A stretch of 30,222 nucleotides of DNA from a virus (IMGVR_UViG_2565956730_000004); one strand, 5' to 3'; shown: positions 7,520 through 17,159, numbered from the stretch's first letter. The notes: a model not told the origin generated them from the sequence alone. Numbers and translations are program-made.

Positions 7520-7983
7520 GCAGAGTAACCGCGATTATCTCCGCTCTGGTTATCTGCATCATCGTCTGCCTGTCATGGGCTGTTAATCATTACCGTGATA
7601 ACGCAATCGCCTACAAAGAGCAGCGCGATAAAAAAGTCAGTGAGCTGAAGCAGGCGACCGCCACCATTACTGACATGCAGCAACGCCAGCGTGCTGCTGA
7701 TGCACTCGATGCTAAATACACGAAGGAGTTAGCTGATGCGAAAGCTGAAAATGATGCTCTTCGGCGCAAGCTTGATAATGGTGGCAGGGTGCTCGTCAAA
7801 GGAAAATGCCCTGTGCCATCCTCAGCCGAAACCTCCGGCGCCTCCGGCATGGGCAATGATGCCACCGTCGAACTCTCTCCAGTTGCTGGACGAAACGTTC
7901 TCGGTGTCCGGGACGGAATTATCCGCGACCAAACAGCACTGAGAACGCTTCAGGAATACATCAGGACGCAATGCCTTCGATGA
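7516..7983 (+). CDS. Rz: Rz i-spanin
   Basis: N-terminus [31 protein letters not shown].. matches lambda Rz as recalled; N-terminal TM segment plus coiled-coil periplasmic domain. Confidence 0.9.
   Translation: MSRVTAIISALVICIIVCLSWAVNHYRDNAIAYKEQRDKKVSELKQATATITDMQQRQRAADALDAKYTKELADAKAENDALRRKLDNGGRVLVKGKCPVPSSAETSGASGMGNDATVELSPVAGRNVLGVRDGIIRDQTALRTLQEYIRTQCLR
7736..7942 (+). CDS. Rz1: Rz1 o-spanin lipoprotein, embedded in the +1 frame of Rz
   Basis: RBS AAGGAG 7 nt upstream; [21 protein letters not shown].. has a lipobox (VAGC) and a Pro-rich mature region ([11 protein letters not shown]), like lambda Rz1. Confidence 0.8.
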   Translation: MRKLKMMLFGASLIMVAGCSSKENALCHPQPKPPAPPAWAMMPPSNSLQLLDETFSVSGTELSATKQH

Positions 7984-8158
7984 TAGCGATAATTTTACTC
8001 ATCATCCTTCACATCTGGCTCTGTAGGCAGGGTGGTGATCACTTCTGGAGTGAATCCAGATTAAACATCTCATTGCTGATGCTTGAAGTTGAGCATATGG
8101 CGCGCGGTAAGGGGCTGCGTTGAGATAAGAGCCAGTTCATTACAAATACCAGGATTTA

Positions 8159-8182
8159 GCCTCGCATTCGCGGGGTTTTTTT
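8159..8182 (+). terminator. Rho-independent terminator ending the lysis cassette
   Basis: CCUCGC / GCGGGG stem (one G-U), loop AUUC, followed by seven U. Confidence 0.65.
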
Positions 8183-8192
8183 ATATCTGAAT

Positions 8193-8220
8193 TTCACAGC
8201 GCATCTCACGCGCATATTAA
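8193..8220 (+). promoter_or_regulatory. Putative sigma70 promoter for the Rha gene (-35 TTCACA, 16-bp spacer, -10 TATTAA), with direct GCGCAT repeats in the spacer
   Basis: TTCACA at 8193-8198, TATTAA at 8215-8220; spacer contains GCGCAT twice (possible operator). Confidence 0.35.
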
Positions 8221-8326
8221 CGAGAGCCTTTCAGTAAGCGAGCCTGAGAAATGCCGTTATAGGTGGCGACCTCTCTCGGGCGGCTTTTCTGTGAGACAGG
8301 CTCACTTTCTAAAAGGTAAAGACGCA

Positions 8327-8869
8327 ATGAACTACCCAACCGTTGTTAACGATATAGATTTCAGAGACCTAATTTTTGTAGCAAACAACGATCCGGTTAC
8401 AGATTCTTTTATGGTGGCAAAAGCATTTGGAAAGCTGCCGAAGAACGTAGTTCGTGACATTGAGCGAACCATAGAAGCTTGCCCTCCTGAGTTTGATACA
8501 AAGCTCAACTTTGAGCTTTGCTATAAAAACAATGAGTTACAGAATGGTAAGCCGCAAAAATTCTACCGTCTCCGCAAGGATGGGTTGATGCTTTTGGTTA
8601 TGTCCTACACCAAAAAAGAAGCAATGCGTATCAAAATTGCTTACATCAACGCATTTAACTGGATGTACGCCATGCTTCAGGTTGGTCATCGTCAATTTGA
8701 AGAAGAGAGAAATGCCGTAATGCTGGAGTACATGAAAGAGAAGGATGTTGCCAGCATGTCAGGTCGCCTGCTTAATCGCTGGGGAAAAATTAAGAAGCCT
8801 CAGCTACTGGCGAGAATTGAACGCCTTGAACAGCACGGGCAAACCGTAATTCCCGGACTCACCAATTAA
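8327..8869 (+). CDS. Rha-family phage regulatory protein
   Basis: ATG 8327 is the probable start (ORF opens at GTG 8291). N-terminal Rha-domain-like sequence (MNYPTVVNDIDFRDLIFVANNDPVTDSFMVAKAFGKLPKNVVRDIERTI..). Confidence 0.8.
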   Translation: MNYPTVVNDIDFRDLIFVANNDPVTDSFMVAKAFGKLPKNVVRDIERTIEACPPEFDTKLNFELCYKNNELQNGKPQKFYRLRKDGLMLLVMSYTKKEAMRIKIAYINAFNWMYAMLQVGHRQFEEERNAVMLEYMKEKDVASMSGRLLNRWGKIKKPQLLARIERLEQHGQTVIPGLTN

Positions 8870-9049
8870 CGGCAGTACCGCGAAACAACCCAAGCCAGTA
8901 AGTGGGGAAATAACACTGGCAGCCACTGAAAGATGAACCCCCTGCCTGATGGCAAAAAAGATTCTTTGTGGTGGCGGACTGATGGAAAGACATCGGTTAT
9001 TGCAGAGGCCATTCAATGAGTGGTCTCGACAATGGCTTATACCATGCAC

Positions 9050-9075
9050 GGGATAACTTAACTGATATCCCTTTT
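9050..9075 (+). terminator. Rho-independent terminator downstream of Rha
   Basis: GGGATA / TATCCC perfect 6-bp stem with a 10-nt loop, followed by TTTT. Confidence 0.5.
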
Positions 9076-9155
9076 AACGGATAAACGGAGCCAATAATGG
9101 CAGAAAATGTCGGTATTATGGCAGTGAAATTTGGATAAATCGGAGATTAGTACAT

Positions 9156-9506
9156 ATGCCGCCACGAATCCCAAAAGCCTGCCGTGTTCGCGGCTGCCGC
9201 CATACCACTACTGACCCGTCAGGCTACTGCGAAAGCCACAAAAGCGAAGGCTGGACGCAATATAAGCCAGGTCAGTCCCGTCATCAGCGCGGTTATGGTT
9301 CGAAGTGGGATGTTATCCGTGAACGTGTGCTGAAGCGTGACAAAGGGCTGTGTCAGTTGTGCCTGCGTGTCGGTGTGGTGCGTGAGGCGAAAACCGTTGA
9401 CCACATCATCCCTAAAGCGCATGGCGGCACTGATGCAGACTGCAATCTGCAGAGCCTGTGCTGGCCGTGTCATAAGGCGAAGACGGCCCGTGAACGACTG
9501 AAGTGA
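9156..9506 (+). CDS. HNH endonuclease (terminase-associated)
   Basis: Cys/His motifs: CRVRGCRH..C.SH and CQLC...VDHIIPKAHGGTD..NLQSLCWPCHKAK; lies immediately upstream of the terminase genes, as in HK97-like cos phages. Confidence 0.85.
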   Translation: MPPRIPKACRVRGCRHTTTDPSGYCESHKSEGWTQYKPGQSRHQRGYGSKWDVIRERVLKRDKGLCQLCLRVGVVREAKTVDHIIPKAHGGTDADCNLQSLCWPCHKAKTARERLK

Positions 9507-9532
9507 TAATAATTCTCAACTGTCTGAGGGGA

Positions 9533-9602
9533 GGGGCGGGTCAAATCCCTGTGACCTGACGTCTTCCGGACTGCCCGCCCCATCGTTTTTTTATACCCGC
9601 GA
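9533..9602 (+). terminator. Long GC-clamped hairpin with U-run; terminator and/or cos-proximal packaging element
   Basis: GGGGCGGG (9533-9540) pairs with CCCGCCCC (9584-9591), with a structured interior (TCCGGA and GACGTC palindromes), followed by TTTTTTT. Confidence 0.45.
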
Positions 9603-9631
9603 AAAATGAAATTTAACCAGGAGTGCCGCAT

Positions 9632-10126
9632 ATGGCTGGAACGGCGGGGCGTTCCGGGCGTCGCCCCAAGCCAACGGCGCGCAAGGCGCTGGCCGGAAAC
9701 CCCGGCAAGCGAGCCCTGAATAAAGATGAACCTGTTTTTACGCCCATCAAAGGTGTTGAGCCACCGGAGTGGTTCGCTGAAGAAGATCTCCCTCTCGCTA
9801 CGATCATGTGGCAACTGACAACTAAAGAACTCTGCGGTCAGGGCCTGCTGTGCGTGACTGACCTCGCGGTGCTTGAGCGGTGGTGCGTGGCCTACGAGTT
9901 CTGGCGACGTGCCGTGAAAAATATTGCCAGACAGGGCAACACCATCACCGGTGCAATGGGCGGCATGGTCAAAAATCCGGAGCTGACCGCCAAAAAAGAA
10001 CAGGAGTCCGAGATGAGCAGCACGGGGGCAATGCTCGGACTCGACCCCAGCAGCCGTCAGCGTCTGATTGGCCTGGCGGGGCAGAAGAAAACCACTAACC
10101 CGTTTCTGAAAATCATCGAATCATGA
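9632..10126 (+). CDS. Terminase small subunit (P27 family)
   Basis: RBS CAGGAG 8 nt upstream of ATG 9632; Arg/Lys-rich N-terminus ([30 protein letters not shown]); immediately upstream of and overlapping the large terminase. Confidence 0.8.
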   Translation: MAGTAGRSGRRPKPTARKALAGNPGKRALNKDEPVFTPIKGVEPPEWFAEEDLPLATIMWQLTTKELCGQGLLCVTDLAVLERWCVAYEFWRRAVKNIARQGNTITGAMGGMVKNPELTAKKEQESEMSSTGAMLGLDPSSRQRLIGLAGQKKTTNPFLKIIES

Positions 10127-11856
10127 GCCGGAAATCTTACCCCAACGTAAATGCTGCCAATCAGTATGCCCGTGATGTCGTGCGCGGAAAGATTGTGGCC
10201 TGCCAGTTTGTGATTCAGGCCTGCCAGCGCCATCTTGATGACCTGATGGCGGAAAAAAGTAAGTCGTTTCGTTACCGCTTCGACAAGGACCTGGCTGAAC
10301 GGGCCGCCAAATTTATTCAGCTGTTGCCGCACACCAAGGGTGAGTGGGCATTTAAGAGGATGCCCATCACGCTGGAGCCGTGGCAGCTCTTTGTGATCTG
10401 CTGCGCGTTTGGCTGGGTCAATAAAGGCTCCCGGCTGCGCCGCTTCCGTGAGGTGTATACCGAAATCCCCCGTAAGAACGGCAAATCGGCAATCTCTGCC
10501 GGTGTCGCCCTGTATTGTTTTGCCTGTGATAACGAGTTCGGCGCGGAAGTGTATTCCGGTGCCACGACAGAGAAACAGGCATGGGAAGTCTTTCGCCCGG
10601 CAAGACTGATGTGTAAACGCACACCCATGCTGACGGAAGCGTTCGGGATTGAGGTTAACGCCTCAAACATGAACCGTCCGGAGGATGGTGCGCGTTTTGA
10701 ACCGCTGATCGGTAACCCCGGTGATGGTTCATCACCCCACTGTGCGGTGGTGGATGAATATCACGAGCACGCCACAGATGCGCTTTACACCACGATGCTT
10801 ACCGGGATGGGGGCGCGACGTCAGCCACTGATGTGGGCTATCACTACCGCCGGGTACAACATTGAGGGGCCGTGCTACGACAAACGGCGGGAAGTCATCG
10901 AGATGCTCAACGGCTCGGTGCCTAACGATGAACTGTTCGGGATCATCTATACCGTTGATGAAGGTGACGACTGGACCGACCCGCAGGTGCTGGAAAAAGC
11001 CAATCCAAATATTGGCGTGTCGGTTTATCGCGAATTTTTGTTAAGTCAGCAGCAGCGTGCGAAAAATAACGCCCGTCTGGCAAACGTCTTTAAAACAAAA
11101 CACCTCAATATCTGGGTGTCGGCGCGTTCGGCGTATTTCAACCTGGTGAGCTGGCAGAGCTGCGAGGATAAATCACTGTCCCTTGAGCAGTTCGAGGGGC
11201 AGCCGTGCATTCTGGCCTTTGACCTGGCGCGTAAACTGGATATGAACAGCATGGCGCGACTTTATACCCGCGAGATTGACGGTAAAACGCATTACTACAG
11301 TGTAGCCCCGCGTTTCTGGGTACCGTATGACACGGTGTACAGCGTCGAGAAAAATGAAGATCGCCGGACAGCCGAACGCTTTCAGAAATGGGTGGAAATG
11401 GGCGTTCTGACCGTTACCGATGGTGCGGAGGTGGATTATCGCTACATCCTCGAAGAGGCCAAAGCGGCGAACAAAATCAGCCCGGTCAGCGAGTCACCCA
11501 TCGACCCCTTCGGGGCGACCGGGCTCTCACATGACCTTGCTGATGAAGACCTGAACCCCATCACTATCATTCAGAACTACACCAACATGTCCGACCCGAT
11601 GAAAGAGCTGGAAGCGGCAATTGAATCGGGGCGCTTTCATCATGATGGCAATCCCATCATGACCTGGTGTATCGGCAACGTGGTCGGCAAAACCATTCCG
11701 GGTAACGATGATGTGGTGAAGCCCGTCAAAGAGCAGGCGGAAAACAAAATCGATGGTGCAGTTGCGCTGATTATGGCGGTTGGCAGAGCCATGCTGTACG
11801 AGAAAGAAGACACGCTGTCTGACCACATTGAGTCCTATGGGATCCGCTCGCTTTAA
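10123..11856 (+). CDS. Terminase large subunit
   Basis: 577 aa; ATGA overlap with the small subunit; ATPase-like and nuclease-like regions (e.g. acidic VVDEYHEH motif) in the expected order; position between small terminase and portal. Confidence 0.9.
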   Translation: MSRKSYPNVNAANQYARDVVRGKIVACQFVIQACQRHLDDLMAEKSKSFRYRFDKDLAERAAKFIQLLPHTKGEWAFKRMPITLEPWQLFVICCAFGWVNKGSRLRRFREVYTEIPRKNGKSAISAGVALYCFACDNEFGAEVYSGATTEKQAWEVFRPARLMCKRTPMLTEAFGIEVNASNMNRPEDGARFEPLIGNPGDGSSPHCAVVDEYHEHATDALYTTMLTGMGARRQPLMWAITTAGYNIEGPCYDKRREVIEMLNGSVPNDELFGIIYTVDEGDDWTDPQVLEKANPNIGVSVYREFLLSQQQRAKNNARLANVFKTKHLNIWVSARSAYFNLVSWQSCEDKSLSLEQFEGQPCILAFDLARKLDMNSMARLYTREIDGKTHYYSVAPRFWVPYDTVYSVEKNEDRRTAERFQKWVEMGVLTVTDGAEVDYRYILEEAKAANKISPVSESPIDPFGATGLSHDLADEDLNPITIIQNYTNMSDPMKELEAAIESGRFHHDGNPIMTWCIGNVVGKTIPGNDDVVKPVKEQAENKIDGAVALIMAVGRAMLYEKEDTLSDHIESYGIRSL

Positions 11857-11867
11857 CTGAGGTAATT

Positions 11868-12050
11868 ATGATCATGCTGATTCTCGCGCCTCTGGTGGGC
11901 GTGCTGGGGGCGCTTTTGCTGGCGTATGGTGCCTGGCTGATTTATCCCCCGGCGGGGTTTGTTGTTGCCGGGGCGTTGTGCCTGTTCTGGTCGTGGCTGG
12001 TGGCGCGATATCTCGACCGTACACAGCTGTCTGTTGGTGGAGGTAAATAG
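11868..12050 (+). CDS. Small predicted membrane protein (60 aa, two hydrophobic helices)
   Basis: RBS GAGGT 6 nt upstream; [26 protein letters not shown]...[18 protein letters not shown]; stop overlaps the GTG start of the portal gene. Confidence 0.45.
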   Translation: MIMLILAPLVGVLGALLLAYGAWLIYPPAGFVVAGALCLFWSWLVARYLDRTQLSVGGGK

Positions 12051-13291
12051 TGTTCTTTTCGGGATTATTTCAACGAAAAAGTGACGCACCGGTGACCACG
12101 CCAGCAGAGCTGGCGGATGCCATCGGGTTGTCCTACGACACCTATACCGGAAAGCAGATCAGCAGTCAGCGAGCCATGCGACTGACGGCGGTTTTTTCCT
12201 GCGTCAGAGTGCTGGCAGAGTCGGTCGGGATGTTGCCCTGCAATCTGTATCACCTGAACGGCAGCCTGAAGCAGAGAGCCACCGGCGAACGTCTGCATAA
12301 ACTGATCTCCACGCATCCCAATAGCTATATGACGCCGCAGGAGTTCTGGGAGCTGGTGGTCACCTGTCTGTGTCTGAGGGGAAATTTTTACGCCTACAAA
12401 GTGAAAGCATTTGGCGAAGTGGCTGAACTGCTGCCCGTCGATCCCGGTTGTGTGGTACCGAAGCTTAACAGTAGCTGGGAGCCGGTCTATCAGGTCACAT
12501 TCCCGGATGGCTCCACGGATGTACTGAGCCAGGAGGATATCTGGCATGTGCGCACGCTGACGCTGGACGGACTGGTGGGGCTGAATCCCGTCGCCTATGC
12601 CCGCGAGGCAATATCGCTGGCGGCAGCGACCGAAGAGCACGGGGCCAGACTGTTCAGCAATGGCGCGGTGACGTCGGGGGTGTTGCGTACAGAGCAGACG
12701 CTGTCAGATCAGGCTTATGAGCGCCTGAAGAAAGATTTTGAGGAGCGTCACACCGGGCTTGGCAATGCTCACCGCCCGATGATCCTTGAGATGGGGCTGG
12801 ACTGGAAGTCGATGGCGCTGAACGCCGAGGACAGCCAGTTCCTGGAAACCCGCAAGTTTCAGCTTGAAGAAATCTGTCGTCTGTTCCGGGTGCCGTTGCA
12901 CATGGTGCAGAACACCGATCGCGCCACCTTCAACAATATCGAAGAGCTGGGGCTGGGATTTATCAACTATTCACTGGTGCCGTATCTGACCCGCATCGAA
13001 CAGCGGATCAACACCGGACTGGTACGAAAAAGTAAGCAGGGCGTTTATTACGCCAAATTTAACGCCGGGGCGTTACTGCGCGGGGATATGAAGTCCCGTT
13101 TTGAAGCCTACGCCACCGGGATCAACTGGGGAATTTACTCTCCCAATGACTGCCGCGACCTGGAAGATATGAATCCGCGTCCCGGTGGGGATGTCTATCT
13201 CACACCGATGAACATGACCACGAAACCCTCCGATGGCAGTAAAGCCGGTAAGCAGAAGGATAACGCCAATGCAGACGAAACAACGTCTTGA
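12050..13291 (+). CDS. Portal protein (HK97 family)
   Basis: GTG start with RBS GGAGGT 7 nt upstream; 413 aa; located between terminase and prohead protease. Confidence 0.85.
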   Translation: MFFSGLFQRKSDAPVTTPAELADAIGLSYDTYTGKQISSQRAMRLTAVFSCVRVLAESVGMLPCNLYHLNGSLKQRATGERLHKLISTHPNSYMTPQEFWELVVTCLCLRGNFYAYKVKAFGEVAELLPVDPGCVVPKLNSSWEPVYQVTFPDGSTDVLSQEDIWHVRTLTLDGLVGLNPVAYAREAISLAAATEEHGARLFSNGAVTSGVLRTEQTLSDQAYERLKKDFEERHTGLGNAHRPMILEMGLDWKSMALNAEDSQFLETRKFQLEEICRLFRVPLHMVQNTDRATFNNIEELGLGFINYSLVPYLTRIEQRINTGLVRKSKQGVYYAKFNAGALLRGDMKSRFEAYATGINWGIYSPNDCRDLEDMNPRPGGDVYLTPMNMTTKPSDGSKAGKQKDNANADETTS

Positions 13292-13919
13292 TGTACCGCT
13301 GAGTCTGAAATCTGTCAGTGACTCCGGTGAGTTTGAAGGGTATGGCTCCGTCTTTGGTGTAAAGGACAGCCACGATGATGTGGTGATGTCCGGGGCATTT
13401 GCTGCTTCCCTGCGGGCGTGGAGTGACAGAAAAGCGTTACCTGCGCTGCTCTGGCAGCACCGCATGGATGAACCCATCGGTGTTTACACCGAAATGAAGG
13501 AAGACGATGTCGGGCTTTACGTCAGGGGACGGTTGCTTATTGATGATGATCCCCTCGCAAAACGCGCACATGCACACATGAAGGCCGGTTCGTTAACCGG
13601 CCTTTCTATTGGGTATGTCCTGAAAGACTGGGAATACGACCGGAGCAAAGAAGCCTTTCTGCTGAAAGAAATCGACCTCTGGGAAGTCAGCCTGGTGACG
13701 TTCCCGTCTAACGACGAGGCGCGGATCAGCGACGTCAAGAACGCACTGGCCCGCGGGGAAATCCCCGAACAGAAAAAAATCGAAAGAGTCCTGCGTGATG
13801 TCGGACTCTCCCGTACCCAGGCCAAAGCATTCATGGCCGGGGGCTATGGCGCACTGTCCCTGCGCGACGCTGAGGATGTGGGCTCTGCACTGAATGCACT
13901 GAAAAATCTGAACTTCTAA
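13269..13919 (+). CDS. Prohead maturation protease (HK97 family, S78-like)
   Basis: MQTKQRLDVPLSLKSVSDSGEFEGYGSVFGVKDSHDDVV.. is a typical N-terminus for this family; upstream in-frame ATG at 13233 is an alternative start. Confidence 0.85.
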   Translation: MQTKQRLDVPLSLKSVSDSGEFEGYGSVFGVKDSHDDVVMSGAFAASLRAWSDRKALPALLWQHRMDEPIGVYTEMKEDDVGLYVRGRLLIDDDPLAKRAHAHMKAGSLTGLSIGYVLKDWEYDRSKEAFLLKEIDLWEVSLVTFPSNDEARISDVKNALARGEIPEQKKIERVLRDVGLSRTQAKAFMAGGYGALSLRDAEDVGSALNALKNLNF

Positions 13920-13933
13920 TCAGGAGAAATACG

Positions 13934-15139
13934 ATGGCGGTTGATATTAAAGATGTCGAACAGGTCGCGCAGGAGCTGCAGCAGAAGTTTGACGACTTCA
14001 AAGCAAAGAACGACAAGCGCGTGGATGCGATTGAGCAGGAAAAAGGCAAACTTGCCGGGCAGGTGGAAACCCTGAACGGGAAACTCAGCGAGCTGGAAAA
14101 CCTCAAAAGCGATCTTGAAAAAGAGCTTCTTGAGCTGAAACGTCCGGCAGGTGGTGCGCAAAATAAACTGGCCACCGAGCATAAAGAAGCGTTTGTGGGC
14201 TTCCTGCGTAAAGGCCGTGAAGATGGTCTGCGCGATCTGGAGCGCAAGGCATTACAGGTGGGCACCGATGAAGACGGCGGCTATGCCGTGCCGGAAGCAC
14301 TGGATCGCAACATTCTTACCCTGCTGAAAGATGAAGTGGTGATGCGCCAGGAAGCCACGGTGATCACCGTTGGCGGTTCCGACTACAAAAAACTGGTGAA
14401 TCTGGGCGGCACGGCTTCCGGATGGGTTGGCGAGACTGACGCGCGCTCCCAGACTGCCACCTCAAAACTGGGACTGATTGAACCTTTCATGGGGGAAATC
14501 TACGGTAACCCGCAGGCTACCCAGAAAATGCTGGATGATGCCTTTTTCAACGTGGAAGCATGGATCAACAGCGAGCTGGCAACCGAATTTGCCGAACAGG
14601 AAGAAATTGCCTTTACCACCGGCGATGGTACCAAGAAGCCGAAAGGGTTCCTGGCGTATGAATCCACTGATGAAACCGATAAGGTCCGGGCGTTCGGCAA
14701 ACTTCAGCATATTGTATCCGGCGAAGCGACGGCGGTGACCGCAGACGCCATTATCAAACTGATTTACACGCTGCGTAAGGCACACCGCACTGGCGCGAAG
14801 TTCATGATGAACAACAACAGCCTGTTTGCCATCCGTCTGCTGAAAGACACCGAGGGTAACTATCTGTGGCGTCCGGGGCTGGAACTGGGGCAGCCGTCCT
14901 CTCTGGCGGGTTACGGTATCGCTGAAAACGAACAGATGCCGGATATCGCCGCTGATGCGAAAGCCATTGCATTTGGTAACTTCAAACGGGGTTACACCAT
15001 CGTTGACCGTATCGGCACCCGCATTCTGCGTGACCCGTACACCAATAAACCGTTTGTCGGTTTTTATACCACCAAGCGCACCGGCGGGATGCTGGTCGAT
15101 TCGCAGGCCATCAAACTGCTGAAGATTGCAGCGGCGTAA
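13934..15139 (+). CDS. Major capsid protein (HK97 fold) with N-terminal coiled-coil scaffold-like region
   Basis: RBS AGGAGA; N-terminal about 100 aa is heptad-rich/charged (delta-domain-like); 401 aa; directly follows the protease. Confidence 0.85.
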   Translation: MAVDIKDVEQVAQELQQKFDDFKAKNDKRVDAIEQEKGKLAGQVETLNGKLSELENLKSDLEKELLELKRPAGGAQNKLATEHKEAFVGFLRKGREDGLRDLERKALQVGTDEDGGYAVPEALDRNILTLLKDEVVMRQEATVITVGGSDYKKLVNLGGTASGWVGETDARSQTATSKLGLIEPFMGEIYGNPQATQKMLDDAFFNVEAWINSELATEFAEQEEIAFTTGDGTKKPKGFLAYESTDETDKVRAFGKLQHIVSGEATAVTADAIIKLIYTLRKAHRTGAKFMMNNNSLFAIRLLKDTEGNYLWRPGLELGQPSSLAGYGIAENEQMPDIAADAKAIAFGNFKRGYTIVDRIGTRILRDPYTNKPFVGFYTTKRTGGMLVDSQAIKLLKIAAA

Positions 15140-15145
15140 TCACTC

Positions 15146-15167
15146 AGGGGCGCGGAACCGCGCCCCT
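15146..15167 (+). terminator. Strong GC hairpin after the capsid gene (attenuator or partial terminator; no clean U-run)
   Basis: AGGGGCGCG-GAAC-CGCGCCCCT: perfect 9-bp stem with a tetraloop. Confidence 0.4.
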
Positions 15168-15187
15168 GTTCTGACGGGTGAAGAATC

Positions 15188-15388
15188 ATGATCCTGAAAC
15201 AAGATCTGAAATGGTCACCGGACGGTATGCGTGTTGAGGTCATTCGGGCCGGTGAGTATGACGACGGGGCGCTTCCTGCCCGGGTGCAGGAGATTGCACT
15301 TCAGGCTGGGTTAGCAGAGCGCGGAATCAGTACAAAAAGCAGTAAAGCGGCAAAAGAGAAAAAAGCCACGACCAGTAAAGAGGGCTGA
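15188..15388 (+). CDS. Hypothetical small protein (66 aa) with Lys-rich C-terminus
   Basis: ORF directly between capsid and connector genes with stop adjacent to the next start; weak RBS. Confidence 0.35.
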   Translation: MILKQDLKWSPDGMRVEVIRAGEYDDGALPARVQEIALQAGLAERGISTKSSKAAKEKKATTSKEG

Positions 15389-15390
15389 GT

Positions 15391-15714
15391 ATGCTTCTGA
15401 CAATGGAAGAGATTAAAGCCCAACTCCGGCTGGATGAGGATTTCGATGCTGATGACCGCCATCTGCAACTGCTGGCCTGTGCGGCGCAAAAGCGGACGGA
15501 AACGTATCTGAACCGGAAGCTCTATGCACCGGATGAAACCATTCCGGACAGCGATCCGGACGGGCTGCACCTGCCGGATGATATTCGTCTGGGGATGCTG
15601 ATGCTTATCAGCCATTTTTACGAAAACCGCTCGTCGGTTACGGAAGTGGAGAAACTCGACATGCCGCAGAGTTTTGGCTGGCTTGTCGGCCCGTACAGGT
15701 ACTTTCCGCAATGA
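15391..15714 (+). CDS. Head-tail connector protein (gp6-like)
   Basis: N-terminus MLLTMEEIKAQLRLDEDFDADD... is typical of gp6-like connector proteins; RBS AGAGGG. Confidence 0.75.
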   Translation: MLLTMEEIKAQLRLDEDFDADDRHLQLLACAAQKRTETYLNRKLYAPDETIPDSDPDGLHLPDDIRLGMLMLISHFYENRSSVTEVEKLDMPQSFGWLVGPYRYFPQ

Positions 15715-16121
15715 AAATTCGTCAGGCGCAGACCAGCGCAACCTACATTCTGCCGGACCCCGGTGAACTGAATAAACGCGTCCTGATCCGCCAGCGGGTG
15801 GATATGCCCGCGGATAACTTTGGCGTGGAGCATCAATACCCGGTTACGTTCCGGACATGGGCGAAGGTTATCCAGACCAGTGCCACCACCTGGCAGGAAA
15901 CCGCGCAGACTGGAGACGCCATCACCCATTACATCACCATTCGCTACCGCCGGGGGATCACCGCTGATTATGAGGTGGTCTGCGGTGACAGTGTGTACCG
16001 GGTGAAACGTCAGCGCGATCTGAACGGGGCGCGGCGCTTTCTGCTGCTGGAGTGTACGGAACTGGGCGAATTTACGCAGAGTCACGGAGGCAGCAATGGC
16101 GACTCCCTTTTTTCACGTTGA
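15711..16121 (+). CDS. Head closure / head-tail adaptor protein
   Basis: ATGA-coupled start; 136 aa; size and position typical of this family. Confidence 0.7.
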   Translation: MKIRQAQTSATYILPDPGELNKRVLIRQRVDMPADNFGVEHQYPVTFRTWAKVIQTSATTWQETAQTGDAITHYITIRYRRGITADYEVVCGDSVYRVKRQRDLNGARRFLLLECTELGEFTQSHGGSNGDSLFSR

Positions 16122-16602
16122 TGTTCAGCAGCCCGCGGAGATGCGCTTTAACCGCGCCCGTGTCCGGCGGGCGTTTGTCACGATTGGGCAGCGTCATATG
16201 CGTGATGCCCGTCGGCTGGTGATGCGCCGTGCGCGGTCGGCACCGGGTGAAAATCCCGGTTATCAGACCGGACGTCTGGCTCGTTCGATTGGTTACATGG
16301 TGCCGAGAGCCAGTAAAAAGCGAGCCGGTTTTATGACACGCATTGCCCCTAACCAGCGCAACGGGAAGGGGAACCGGATGATCTCTGGTGACTTCTATCC
16401 GGCGTTTCTGTTTTTTGGTGTCCGGGGAGGAGCAAAACGTCGTCGTAGCCATCATCGTGGTGCATCCGGTGGCAGCGGCTGGCGGCTGGCTCCACGTAAT
16501 AACTTTATGGTGGAAACTCTTGAAAAGAACCGCAGCTGGACACGCTATTTTCTGGCGCGGGAATTGCGTAAATCACTGAAGCCGGAGCGACGACACAGAT
16601 GA
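16096..16602 (+). CDS. HK97 gp10-family neck/tail-completion protein
   Basis: RBS GGAGG before ATG 16096; basic 168-aa protein in the expected position. Confidence 0.65.
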   Translation: MATPFFHVDVQQPAEMRFNRARVRRAFVTIGQRHMRDARRLVMRRARSAPGENPGYQTGRLARSIGYMVPRASKKRAGFMTRIAPNQRNGKGNRMISGDFYPAFLFFGVRGGAKRRRSHHRGASGGSGWRLAPRNNFMVETLEKNRSWTRYFLARELRKSLKPERRHR

Positions 16603-17159
16603 AACTGACGCCTGTTATTGCTGCGCTGCGTGCCCGCTGCCCGTATTTTGAAAACCGGGTGGCAGGCGCGGCACAGTTCAAAAATCTGCCGGAGGTCGGA
16701 AAGCTGAGACTCCCGGCGGCGTATGTGGTACCGGGTGATGACTCTCCGGGAGAAAACAAAAGCCAGACCGACTACTGGCAGGAGCTGAAAGAGGGCTTCT
16801 CCGTGGTTGTCATACTGAGTAACGGGCGTGATGAGCGCGGTCAGTTTGCCTCGTATGATGTGGTGGACGATGTCCGGCAGATGCTCTTTAAGGCTCTGCT
16901 GGGCTGGAACCCGGAAGCGTGCGGTAACCCGATTACCTATGACGGCGGCACGCTGCTGGATCTGAATCGTCATGAGCTGATTTATCAGTTCGATTTTTCG
17001 GTCATCAGCGAGCTGACCGAAGACGATACCCGCCAGCAGGATGACCTGAACAGTCTGGATGAACTGCGAACGCTGGCGATTGATGTTGATTATCTCGATC
17101 CCGGTAACGGGCCTGACGGCGATATCGAACATCACACCGAAATAACCCTTCCTTCCTGA
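16599..17159 (+). CDS. Putative tail terminator / neck protein (Mu-like)
   Basis: ATGA-coupled; 186 aa; located immediately before the DUF2635 and sheath genes. Family assignment tentative. Confidence 0.5.
   Translation: MKLTPVIAALRARCPYFENRVAGAAQFKNLPEVGKLRLPAAYVVPGDDSPGENKSQTDYWQELKEGFSVVVILSNGRDERGQFASYDVVDDVRQMLFKALLGWNPEACGNPITYDGGTLLDLNRHELIYQFDFSVISELTEDDTRQQDDLNSLDELRTLAIDVDYLDPGNGPDGDIEHHTEITLPS

Noticed and set aside
8943-9050. 35-codon ORF (MAKKILCGGGLMERHRLLQRPFNEWSRQWLIPCTG) between Rha and its terminator
   Set aside because: No Shine-Dalgarno sequence and no recognisable features; kept only as a note inside the Rha cassette finding.
9533-9552. tRNA T-loop-like motif GGGTCAAATCCC within the post-HNH hairpin
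   Set aside because: No acceptor stem, anticodon arm or CCA context can be built around it; loop does not fit the TTCRANY consensus; more parsimoniously part of a terminator or cos structure.
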